Of a stretch of DNA of 64,000 nucleotides, positions 1 through 11,403 are shown piece after piece; position 1 is the stretch's first letter, and each line of letters begins with the position of its first letter. The notes beneath the pieces are model-generated. The model was not told where the DNA came from, made no database searches, and saw only the letters and a list, made by a program, of their open reading frames with translations. Location of the stretch: the NCBI GenBank assembly GCA_010093605.1, contig MU004189.1, forward strand, positions 193,834 through 257,833. Reading direction: 5' to 3'. This DNA comes from Lophium mytilinum (Eukaryota). Made by a program: the position numbers and the translations under genes.

Positions 1-1535
1 TTAAGCCTAAATACTATTTAAGAAGCCCTATAAAGTATAAAGTATAGCTATAGTTTTTATTTAAAATTAGTTTATTATTTCTAATATTACTAAGAAACTC
101 TTAAAGTAGTATATTTCTCTAAGCTCTACTACTACTTTTAAACTTTAGAGGGTATTTAGTATAGTTTAGATAATTAGAAGCTATAGCATAGCGTTAAAAG
201 GCTTAAGAAAGTAAAATAGAGTTATTAAAGGCTATTAGCTATATATAGTATAGATTATAGAACCTCTAGACTATTAAAAGGTTAATAATTAATATAAGTA
301 TAATAGTAACTAGATCTTATTAGCTTTATTAAGAGAAAGAGCTAAACTATTATTAGAAACTTACTATAGGCCTATAAGGCTTTATAAGCTAAAATACCTA
401 AGAATTTATAAGAGCGCGGAACCTTATAACTATAGCTAGGGTCTAAAGAATTATTATCTTTATCTCTACCTCTTTCTAAATAAAGTAAGCTAGAGGCTAT
501 AGAACCTAGCTAGGTATTAAGCAATATTATAACGCTAACTTAGAGTAAGAAGAAGTAGCCTAGAAGCTAAGAGAAAGAAAGTCCTAATAAAAGAATTAAT
601 AAAGAAAAATAATAGTAATAAGAAAAGAAGCTATAAAAGTCTTTAATAAACCTTTAAAGTTAAGAGAAGCTTAAACCTTAAAGAAGAAAGTTAAGTATAG
701 AAGAAAGAGTATAAGAGTATTAAAAAGGCCTTATATATACTTTAGATTCTTAAATCTATTACTTCTAGATTACTACTTACTACTCTATAATATACTAATA
801 GCTTCTTAAACCTATATAAGATTATAAGCTTCTTACTAAATTATAAAAGACTTTATAAGATCTCTAATAAGCCTATTATTAGCTATTATAGCTCTAATTA
901 TATATTAGAACCTAATATATACTAGTATACTAATATTTATATTACCTTATAATTTTCTCTATTATAAATACTTTATAATCTCTTTTAATTCTTTCTTACT
1001 ATTAAGCTATTAAATATTCTAATACCTCTATTATTTTCTACTAATATAGTAGTAGACCTCTAAAGAATTCTAAACCCCTCTTAAATAATATTACTATAAT
1101 ATTACTATCTACTAATATACCTTTTATAGTATTATATGCCTCTAGAAGCTTTAAAGCTTCTAAAGAAGCTAATAGCCTAATATACTAATAATATATAGTA
1201 TAAAGTAGTAAGTGCAATATACTATTATAAATATAATTTAATAGTAAATTAAATCTAGAAGAAAAGAATATAGAATTCTTAATATATAGTTAATATTTAG
1301 ATATTATATATATAATATATAGATCTACTATAGAAATGCTTTTCTATATAAATCTAGTATAATTAAGGCCTATATAGGCCTCTTTAATATATATATAGCC
1401 TAGCTAGATTTCTATATAGAATTAATATCTATTATTCTCTAAATTCTTATATTATATAATTAGGAATATTATAGGATTATTAGTAAGATAAAGAGAGTCC
1501 TCTATATATAGAGCACTATTAAGAGTTAATATAAG
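1..1535. mobile_element. AT-rich RIP-degenerated repeat/transposon relic (family not identifiable)
   Basis: Very AT-rich and saturated with TpA (tata, ctag, ttaa). CpA/TpG are rare and the track shows no ORFs. Composition switches abruptly to normal GC at about 1535. This is the classic repeat-induced point mutation signature. Confidence 0.8.
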
Positions 1536-2120
1536 TCGGTCTGCTTCTTCGGCAATTCTACTAAGGCACACCAGTTCGATGACACTATGCTCGAACTCAA
1601 GCTCTTTCCGATTGAGTTCAAGCTAAGGGAGGAAGCTCTTGTACTGGAGATTGAAGCCATGAAAGAGCCTCCGGAAACACATCACGTGAACGCCACGTGA
1701 TACCAATATCTGGGCTATGTGTTGATCGATAGTCAAATCTAGGTCCTAGAATCAAGTAAGCTTGCTATATTTGAGAGCTCTTGATAGGCGTTGCTGTAAA
1801 TTGTCTAGAGACCACAATCTAAAGAGCTGATCATCTCTTTGGCCAGAACCTTTTCAACCCAGCCTCGCTTTCTAATCCCAGGTATCGGCGCCCTACAGGA
1901 GTACAAGAAGTCCCGCATCTCAAATAGGAAATGCCGAAGGCCCTCAAACGGGGTTCACGGGTGCGAATGATTAGTCTTAAAGAAGGACACGCGAAGGAGT
2001 CGCCCGCAGCGGCTTATGCCGATTTGTCAGCCCTCCAAAGACTTGCTATCGACGAGATGCTTCAAAAGTTTCACTATCCCATTCCTTCCTGCTTCGCAAA
2101 AACGTTCTTTCAGATCAACT

Positions 2121-2837
2121 ATGGCATCTAAACAGGTAGTGTCCACGACAAAGGCGCCCGCGCCATTGCCTCAGTTCAGTCAGGCGATCAAATACAATGG
2201 CATGGTGAGTCAGAGTGATGCTGCGCGGTATAATATCATATCACCCTCTTCTGGATACTTCTAAGCCGTTATGACATACGTTTGGAGTTGAAACTGATGC
2301 AATGGGTTACTAGGTCTACTGCTCCGGGTCCATTGGCGTCAATCCGGCGACGAAGAAACTGGCTGAGGGTGGGATCCAGAGCGAGACCGTAAGTCCATCA
2401 TAAACACCGTCACAGGCCCATCTGATACTATTTGAACCGAGCGTCCTCACTGAACCTTCTCGCAGCGTCAAGCAATCCAAAACCTCGCCGCAGTGCTCGA
2501 GGAAGCGGGCAGCGGTCTAGCGAACATCGTCAAGGTGAACATCTTCCTCACGACCATGGATCATTTCAAGTCTATGAATGAGGTGTACGATGAGTTCTTT
2601 GGGACCATTGATCCTAAGCCGGTGAGTTCTTACAATACTAGATGATAGAGAGATAAGTAGCTGACAGGAAGTGTAGTGCCGAACTTGTAAGTCATTTCAG
2701 CTTCCTGTATAACTTCAAACCCTGAAGGTAGTTTGACTGACGCTAAATTCGTAGGCGTTGCGGTATATCAACTCCCATTTGGGGCTGTGGTTGAGCTGGA
2801 GTGCACTGCATTCCTCAGTCCTGAAGCGAAACTATAG
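2121..2837 (+). CDS. RidA/YjgF/YER057c/UK114 family enamine-imine deaminase with C-terminal PTS1 (-AKL); 5 exons
   Basis: Spliced translation MASKQVVSTTKAPAPLPQFSQAIKYNGM/VYCSGSIG...ET/RQAIQNLAAVLEEAGSGLANIVKVNIFL...PKP/CRT-C/VAVYQLPFGAVVELECTAFLSPEAKL*. GT-AG introns, with a 10-nt exon at 2677-2686. Confidence 0.92.
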
Positions 2838-3123
2838 AGTTGCTAAGTGTTAAATGTGGAAAAAGCTTTACCTATGTTAATATAAGAACATTGGCGAGTA
2901 TATTACACTGCGTAGATGAGATCGAGAGGGTTTCAAAAGAAACCCTGGAATATCACTCCTGAACCTCGTTCCATTGACCACATCGAGTTGCGCCGGCTCT
3001 TAGCTCTTGTAATTCGAACCACATACTATGCTGCCTTTCTCGAGGCTGGCCGCTTTACGGATTCACGTCAGGTAGTCGTTCCAACCATGTAGAACCTTCA
3101 GATCCGGCGTCTCTTCCTACGCT

Positions 3124-4995
3124 TCACGAGAACCAATACCACATCCCTCCAGCCAGCGCCGCAGCACCAACGCCCGTAACCCCCAACATCCTCATAGATG
3201 TCCTCTTACTCATTTCCCCACCACCGCAAACATAACTCGTCCAGTCATTAACATCTCCCTTCACGTACCGCGCCGTCTGTGGCCACGGACATAGCTTCCG
3301 ACTGACCTTCTCCCCATTCAACGGCTGGTCAGTCATGACCTCTTCCGGCGGCACCCCATTTTCAACCCAATCTACAAGCGTCTCCAAAATGTGATAAGCA
3401 CCAGGCACATTCGGGTCTTTACTCGACGCCAAGCAGTGCCCACTGCCCGGGATCATGAACAGGTTGAAGAAATCGGATACCGAGCCGCCATGGGAATCTT
3501 CGATTTGATGGAGGTGCTGAATCGGCCAGGTGGCGCCAATGTATTGGTCAGCCCAGCCTTGAGGTAGGTTAGTGAGTTGCTAATTCGCGTTCTCAACGAG
3601 GATTAGATAGGGATCGATTCGGACCTTGGAAAACAAGCATCTTTCCCCCAGCGGCCTTGAATCTCGAGAAATCAACCCCTATCTCGTCTATCAAGATCCC
3701 GGCTTCCCGATCCACGCGGTCGACGTCGGAGTCCCAGTTGAACCTCAAGATATCGTACTTCAGGTCTTTGAAGACTAAGTTCTGCAAAATCGAGCTGGTG
3801 AAAAGTTGCACTAGATCCGTCTCTTGTCGCATCCACTCGATCTCCGAACTGACGGGGAAGCCGGGGTAGATCTGCGTGCCATTGGGGTACTTGGGTCCGG
3901 CGTAGATCGCCTCCACGGTGGTGATTTGAGCAGGCGTGAGACAGGATGAGAGGTCCGTGGCGCTGGGCTCACAAGCGAGGGTGTTGATGTCGAAGTCGCA
4001 GACGAGGGGGTTCTCGAGTACGCGATCGGCTACGCCGTCGAGAAGGTCGCATTTGTCGAGTACGGCGGAGGTGATGAAGTCAAGGGTTGGTTGGGGGAGG
4101 AAGCCCGCGCCTTTGCTGAGTTAACGGATCTTGATGTGACGGGTTATTGGGGGAGTAAGAGTACTTGAGATTTCATGGTGTTCCAGAGGAAGCCGAGAAT
4201 GAGATGAGAGTACCAGTTCGCGGGGCATCCAGCGATTATACCGTCGAAGAGGTCGGGCCAGAGTAGCGCCTGGATGACATTAGACTTGTGGACGCGAGGT
4301 CACGAGGAGGGAAGTGAACGAATCCGGGTCGGACATACCAAAGCAAACTCTTGTGCACCACCTGTCGAGCATCCCTTGAAATACGAATACTCCGGCTGGA
4401 CACCATAAAAGCTCTCTACAACCTCTCTCGACGTCGGCGTGTGCATTGCAATAGAGTTATGGATCCATGCCTCGACTTGTTCAGTATGCTGGAGATAATC
4501 GATGAATAATCCGGGCCCACCAGCCCCGAAGTTGTTAATTTCGGAAGCCTCGTGACCAGAGTCGCAGCTATTGCGAACCATAAGCACCTGCGTTTCTTCT
4601 AGGCTGGTAGGTAGAGAGGTGCTTACCCAGCGATGGCGTATCCCTTGTTGATATTCCACATGAACTCGTTGGCTGGAGTATCATACTTGCCCGCCATGCC
4701 CCCGTTCCCGATAGCTAAGAAAAGACTATTGTAGATACGTGCATCTGGAAGCGAGAGTTGGAAATCCCAGTATATTGGAGTTTCCGTAGGCTAGTCGTCC
4801 GTATACTCGGCAGAATCCATATTGGTTCTTGATCCCTAAGATTTCGAGATCGTTTGCGTGAACATAGCTGGAATTCAATAGAGTGGCTTCTGGATTAGAG
4901 AGAACCGCATTTCGGGCGAAGGTTGCGCAGTCTTGGGTTGATATTGCGGAGGCTAGCTGGTACACGGCCCATGCAAGGGTGGTCGAGAGCCTCAT
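3124..4995 (-). pseudogene. Tannase/feruloyl esterase family, frameshifted (probable pseudogene)
   Basis: Signal peptide, FCRVYG, GNGGMAG, CDSGH, GCSTGG nucleophile motif, FDGIIAGCPANW, PGSGHC, DWVENG and RKLCPWP. One extra base near 4760 (ttt-c-caa) breaks the frame before GNGG. Intron phase also appears inconsistent near 4115-4165. Confidence 0.8.
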
Positions 4996-5417
4996 GGTTC
5001 CTCTCCCGGCTTTGAATTTAGTAGATCCCTCTCTGAAGAGAACCTGTTGACAGAGAAACCATATTATTTAACAGCGTAGATTGCTGTGCAATGCTGTGGA
5101 ATGCTGTGGTAACGTCTTGCTTCCCCGCAATGGTACTCCGAGTACCTACGAATAAGCGGACCAGATGATGCTCAAGCGACAGCCCGGCATCATGACTCGC
5201 ACGGACGGGACGATGCGGCACATCCGACACCATCTTATCGCGGGATCAGCCCATCTACATTTGGGAGCGAGAACTCCCGATATGAACTAGCCAGAGGGTA
5301 AAATGCGGTGAGCCAGATCTCAGCGTTCTATTTTCTGCAAAAGAACCAGCTGTGCCATTGCTGTGTCTATAATTTGCGTCAGAACGCCCTCGTTCCGTGT
5401 CTAAAGATCTCGAGGAC

Positions 5418-6370
5418 ATGGCCCTCACCGCTTATGTAGCGAAGGTGGGACGACTTACAAGCGATAGTGGTGCGTACCGTGGAAAATGCAAAATAAACAG
5501 TTGATAGTCGTGCAGCAATTGCTGATATGTCTCCGGGATACAGATGGACTCGAAAAGACGCTCCGACTGATCCAATTCTTGGTTTTCACGTTTCTCGCTG
5601 CGCAAGGCGGGTTAGTCAATCCTGTCCCATTACAAAGACTCGTTCAGCAAATTGCAATAAGTGCGTACTCAACCCTAGTCAACACTCCGCTAGTAAAGCG
5701 ATTAACTTCTCCCTTTTCGCGCTTCAAGCTCATATCATCCATAGGCCGCCGCCTTTTCCGATTCTTCAAGTTTATAGGATGCTTCGCCAAAGGCCTGAAA
5801 CCATCCGGCAATCCCACCGATGTCCTTGAGATGATTGAGAGGCTGAAGTGGAGCTCAATGGGGCTGTTTATCATGATTGAAGACACCACATTGGTAAATT
5901 TGCCGAATTCCAATTATTATTTTCGAGACATGTCCATAGTCGTTTCTAACGGGGTATCTGCGTGAAAGAAGTGCTGATCCTCCTTCTAGCTAAACGCAAT
6001 GGACGTCTGGACAGTCCCATGGGCAAGCGCCGTTTTCGGAGAAGCTATGAAATTCTGGTTTTATGCTCTCTTTTTGTCTATCGTACAAAACGTGATACGA
6101 TTGAGCAGAGCCATCACTGCTGCTCCCATCGACCAGAAGAGCTCGGTCTCTGAAAAGAATGAGAAGGGTGCAGAAGCTATCACTGAGACAAAACATCCCG
6201 TTGGGAATGAGCAGACGTTGCAACTGGTGAAGCTCATAATGTTGGATATCTTCGACATCATGATTCCCGGCGCGGCCACAGGCTGGTTCAGGGTCGGAAA
6301 GCTTATACTTGGCATTGCAGCGTTGATTAGCACTTTGTGTCGTTTGTCGGTTATTTGGAATAGATGCTGA
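5418..6370 (+). CDS. Peroxisomal membrane protein Pex11 family (Pex11B-like paralog), multi-exon
   Basis: MALTAYVAKVGRLTSDS/DGLEKTLRLIQ...RRLFRFFKFIGCF...LKWSSMGLF...FWFYAL...DIMIPGAATGW. The GLEKTLRLIQ and RRxFRFFKF motifs are typical of fungal Pex11 paralogs. Confidence 0.8.
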
Positions 6371-7494
6371 GTTTTCGGTAGATAAGTAGAGATTCTAAGA
6401 ATTCCCGGCCCCTACTCACGTGAAGATGACATAATCCGTTCCCCTCTTCCTTCTGAGAGTATAAAAGCTTGTCCTCTCTACCCTTAAGTCTTTTCCATGG
6501 GAATTTTGTGGTGAACCTGGGGTGATCGAAAACCGTCGAGAGAATGGCCAAATGGGCGTCGGTGGTAGACTCGGTATCTGCAAAATCCTTCAGGCTAGGA
6601 ACAATGGCAGTTCGCAGAGGTCCTCCTTAACAACTGGTCAAAGAGGTTCTGATGATTGTATCTCAGGGCCAATGCCACCGCCCACAGTGATGCTACGCAC
6701 CACCCCACAACACCATCGAACCCCACATTTCCCACCTCTCAAAGCCCATCCCCATCGCACAATCCAATCACCACCATCTGTACCTATCTCCTACCGCTCA
6801 CAATCATTAAACCTACACACGCGCCTCCAAGCCCGCACTCCATTTCGTACTTGTTCTGAAGTTTTTCCAACTGCACCGATCTCCTCCACCCGACCATAAG
6901 CCTTCTTCATCCCCAATTTCTCCCCTTTCCCCAGCTAATGGCTTATCGCATTGCAAAGACTAAAACTCACACAAAACCACACCCACCACCCTAGGGATCC
7001 CTGGAATTGAGTGGGTTGGAGGAGAACAACTCAGCACGACAATGCCATGGGACCAGTGTCGCGAAATCTTCGAACCAAGCTCCCAAGGCCTGCAAACCTT
7101 CCCCGACTCTAGAAGCTCAGCGAGAGGACGAAGTTTCATACGCTGTCGGAAGTGAAGATTGGAAAGGGCAAGTGAAGAGCACGTGAACCTACCAATAAAA
7201 GGCGCCAAGAGACCGCCAAGAACCTCGTGGACTTAAGGTTTACTAAAGAAGCTTTGAGTCAGTTATTAGGGGATTTAGAAAGAAGAGTTGTAAAAATGGA
7301 GTTGTAGAAAAGGAGTTATCAAGAGACGACATCCATCGCAAACAATTAGAAACTGTGATATCGTTACATATATACCCGGAATCCACCTCAAAATGCTATC
7401 TTCCAAAATCCAAAATGGTATACAGCACCGAGATATTTCCCCCGACAGAACTCCAGGTCAAGCACAGCACCGAACGCCGACTGCAAATGAAGAA

Positions 7495-9096
7495 CTAGAT
7501 GCCCTCGTCCTCCGAGTCCAATTCAACAACCATGCTTTTGGCGGCTGCTTGCATGCGCGGGTCATCGTAGTTTGTTATGTCGGTCATTTTCAGCCTGTCA
7601 GAATCAGCCACCGCTTAAAAAATATCTGAGATCTGAGATCCGAGAACATACCGATCAAAAAGCACCATCAACTTCTCTCCCGCTTGCTCCTGCGTTCGCC
7701 TTTTCGCCACCATCTTGCTTCTGTCGTTCGGTAGGCTAGGCAACGACTTCCTCATCCCCGTCAAATCCACCGACCGCGCCGATTTGGCCGACTCATCAGA
7801 CACGCTCGCCACACTGCTCCTAACGCTCGAGTTCTTCGCGGGTATCTGCATGTTTCGAGTCATGAGGAAGCCGCTCGAGAAGCCTAGCCCAAACTCCCCC
7901 GTCAGTTTAGACACGTCCCCGCCCGATAACTCAAAGAAGAGACTGCTGATGCCGTCGTAGAGAGAGGTGGAGCGTGGGTTGGTGAGGTAGTCCATCAGCC
8001 GGACATGGAGCAGGGCCGGGTCTTTGCTGATGAAGCCTTTCTTGGGCGGGTCGGGGAGGAGGGAAGCTTTCATAGCGGCGATTACGGGTGGCGGGGAAAC
8101 TTTTGCAAGACGCTTTAGGAGAGTTAGGAGGGGTGTGACGGTTGCGTCGAGCTCGGTGTCGCCATAAGTGCGGAGGGCGACGTCAAGGATTGAGATTAGA
8201 GCTTCGACGCAGGGTTTGAGGTTGGAGTTGATGAGGCTTTTGTCTTCGAAGTCCATGTTGATGAGAGAGTTGATTAGGAAGTTGATGGGGGCGAGCAAGG
8301 GGGGTGTTACTACAGGACGTCGGGCAAGAATCTTCATGATGGGCGAGATTGATTTAGAGAAAGGTTTAGTGCGGGTGGGACAAAAGTGGGTGACGTTGAA
8401 GAGAAGCTTGAGCGTTTCGGAGAGAGCTTCATCATCTTTAGAGGTCGGACGCTTATTCTTGGCATGGCGTTCGATGTTCTGGGATTGTTAACGATGGTCC
8501 AGATAAGGTTGATCGTGAAGATGTCGATCACTCACATCATTAATGTGATCAGCAAGACGATGCTTGTCGATCAATTTCTCGAAGCTCTGAGAAGTTCCAT
8601 ATGAAGTTAGAAACAATATGCGAGACATGAGGAACTCGTCGTCTTTCTTCGGTTTTCGTAGTCGTCCCACTGCGCGTTCGCTATAGCCTAGGTCGACGAA
8701 CATTTGCCGCGTGGGCGGTTTGGAGAGCAAGGCGTTGGCTAAACATTGCAATGCTGCTTTCGAAGTGGTGGGTGACGTGCTGTGGAAGCTGTGGTGAGTC
8801 AATATCTCGATGCCCTGTTCCCATTAGACGGACCGAAGCGAAGCATGAGAATTCGAGAAGTGCGGTACCTGTGGGGTGAATATAGGGTCGGCATTGTCAG
8901 GGTTTCGCCCAAAGACTTTGAGCTGCTCCATGTAGGCATTCCGCTCTACTTCGAGTCAGTGTGTGCACGCTGCCGGGCAATTGACCGACTTACCATGGGG
9001 CAGCAGGTTGATGTGCTCAAAGTCATCGCGAAGCTCGTCGACCAGCTTCCCGACGCGCCTCAGCTTCTCTGCGGGCAAAAACTCAGCAGTGGCCAT
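7495..9096 (-). CDS. ric8: Ric8/synembryn G-alpha GEF/chaperone homolog (divergent C-terminus), multi-exon
   Basis: Motifs QLKVFGRNPDNADPIF/GIEILTHH, LQCLANALL, TRQMFVDLGY, DDEFLMSRILFLTSY, LFFELS, FGLGFSSGFL and KLMVLFDR/LK. ATG at 9096, stop at 7495. Confidence 0.85.
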
Positions 9097-10318
9097 GAGG
9101 ATGGAGGGCGGGGCACGGAGGAGTGCATGTGGAATTTCACGTACCGGCAGCAGGAATGTCGTCGTCGGTAACGGGCCGGGGCAGGGCGAAGGTCTTCATG
9201 CGGAAGTGCTCTGCGGATCGTAAGCACTGGTGAGGCACTTGAGGCACGGTTTGCGGAGAGGTTGCAACGGGCAGTAGGATTGACAGATTGACATGAGCTA
9301 TGGGAGGGGACCCAGAGCCGCGGACACGAGCTTATCACGGATTGTCGGGCCAGGCAGAAGAGAGGGGGCAGCGGGCCAGAGGCAGCTTCGCGGCTCATGG
9401 GTTGCCCACGACTGGCACAAGGATGCAGGAAGGTCTGGGCAGACGATGAATGCGGAATCTCTTCGTGTGTGCTGTGGGCATGTGCAGACGGAGCCGAGTT
9501 CTGTTTCTGGCGTGCTGGGAGGGCTTTGGTTCCAGGCTTTGGAGACAGAGCTGAAGCTGAAGACGCCCGGCAGCGATGAGGGCCTCCCCACGCACCCGAG
9601 TCACCTCCGCACGTGGCACCCTATCCGGTCTGGGGAAAGCCATGCGGGACGGCAGCGTCTGGCACTTCTGAAGCGGCTTGGAGCTTCGTATCGCGCCATC
9701 TCGACGCGCATGTGGCGGGCAATCGGGCACCCCGTCAGCCTCAAGCTTCAAAACTGAGATCCCTATAGCGGAGGCGCTCCCGTCAAGTGGCTCGACGCTG
9801 TGGCATGCCGCTATTGGGAGGCATCGCGAGACGGCACAGCACGGGTGAGTGCAGTCGAATGAGTGGGACGGCATGGCCTGGCGTGGAACGAAGCTGCAGC
9901 CAAGGAATCCTACGGGTAAAAGAAAACCCTAGAAGCAGCAGCCAGGCTTTCTACGCAGGCTAGCCGCTAGAAGGGGCCAAAATAGCGGCTTGTGAGACGA
10001 ACGGGCAGTCAGAGTGCGCAGGGACATCAGGAGAGGTGTCAAGGAAGTCAAGGAGGCTCCCGGGAGGCTTGCTGGTGTCGCGTCACAACGGCGGGCAGCC
10101 ATAGCGACGACGGCACAACGGGGGATAGAGCCGTTGCGTATTCGCCGTGAGCGGGCCGAATTCGTATGTAAAGGCGGGTCGTCTGACACGGCATCGGGCC
10201 TCAAAACGTGGACTCCCAGATACCCGGTCTCCTCGCGCGTTCCTGCGGCCGGCAGTCGTGTGCGCACCGAGGTGGTTGGCGCGGGCGAGCTGTGGTTGGT
10301 GCATGATATATGCATGTG

Positions 10319-10349
10319 GTTGACAAGCGTGTTGACAAGCGTGTTGACA
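10319..10349. repeat. 12-bp tandem repeat (GTTGACAAGCGT) x2.6
   Basis: gttgacaagcgt gttgacaagcgt gttgaca in the Ric8/transporter divergent intergenic region. Confidence 0.85.
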
Positions 10350-10993
10350 GGGACGAGGTGCAGGAAGGAAAAAAGAGTGTAGGAGGCTGTCGATATTGCC
10401 ACTGAGGCACGAGTCAGGGTGCTCGCCCGCGCTGTAAGAAGGCAGCATGGCCGTGCCGCAGAGAATTGTGAATAATAGCGCACTAAAAGGCCGTTAATGC
10501 GTAACCATTGCCAGCGCCGCCACGCGCCGGTGGTCGGCAGAAGCAAAGTCTCAAAGCTTAAGCAGACATCTTTGTCCCCCCCGCGTGCCACCATCTCCAC
10601 GATCCCCTCACTAAACTCAACTCCTTCCTGAAGCGTCGCCGTGCCGTCTCCACCAAGCGGGCGGGCTTCCGTCTGGAACCTTCGCGGGGACTGCATACCC
10701 GCAATTGATGTGGTCGATCCCGCTGCCCTCGGCTGGCAAATCATGCTCGTGAGTCTCCCCGACTGCAACACCATCGGCATGCCGGGGCACCAGGCACACA
10801 GATTCCCACGCACACCACGTTTGACCCGACGCGGCGTCAGCATGCTTAGCATCCAGTGCCTGGCCTAGCAGCCTATCACCACTTGTGCATCTGCGTCGAT
10901 GCTCGTAGCCGGCTGCGCATGGTCGAGGGCCAATTGCTGTCCGCCCTCGGTCAAGCTTCACGCCTCCAAATCCTTGGCCCGGGCGAGGTCCTG

Positions 10994-11026
10994 CCCTTGA
11001 CCGACCCTTGGCCGGCCCTTGACCGT
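10994..11026. repeat. 11-bp tandem repeat (CCCTTGRCCGN) x3 upstream of the sugar transporter
   Basis: cccttgaccga cccttggccgg cccttgaccgt. Confidence 0.75.
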
Positions 11027-11403
11027 GTGCCTCACAGCTCCGACGCGACGGTTTGACAGCAGCGTGAACCTTGGAGGGAGCCGTGCCCTCTCACGCCCCT
11101 CCGAGTTTGCCCTCGCGCCATGGGCATTCAGGGGCGTCAGCTACTGCACGCAGATCAGCGAGAGCAGCGGGACGCTTCCTCAACGCGGCTAGAGGCGTCC
11201 ATTTCGCGGCGGGACTTCATTGCCCGCCGCCAGCCTTACCAACATAGGCCTCATCCGTGCCAATGCCCATGCCGCATCCATGCTCGTATCTTGCTTCTAC
11301 TAAATCGGCCCTCATCCGCATGTCTTCGTGAGATTCTTTTCCGCTTTCTCTATCGTGTTTCTGCTCTACGTACTGTCTTGTTGTTGGACACTGGTGATCC
11401 AAC

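Noticed and set aside
1681..1701. Paired E-boxes ATCACGTG-n5-CACGTGAT (a similar pair lies near 13470)
   Set aside because: CACGTG is common and self-complementary; plausible bHLH sites but unsupported without conservation data.
6938..7307. Coding-like relic ending ...DLRFTKEALSQLLGDLERRVVKMEL*
   Set aside because: Interrupted by stops and frameshifts, with no family assignable.
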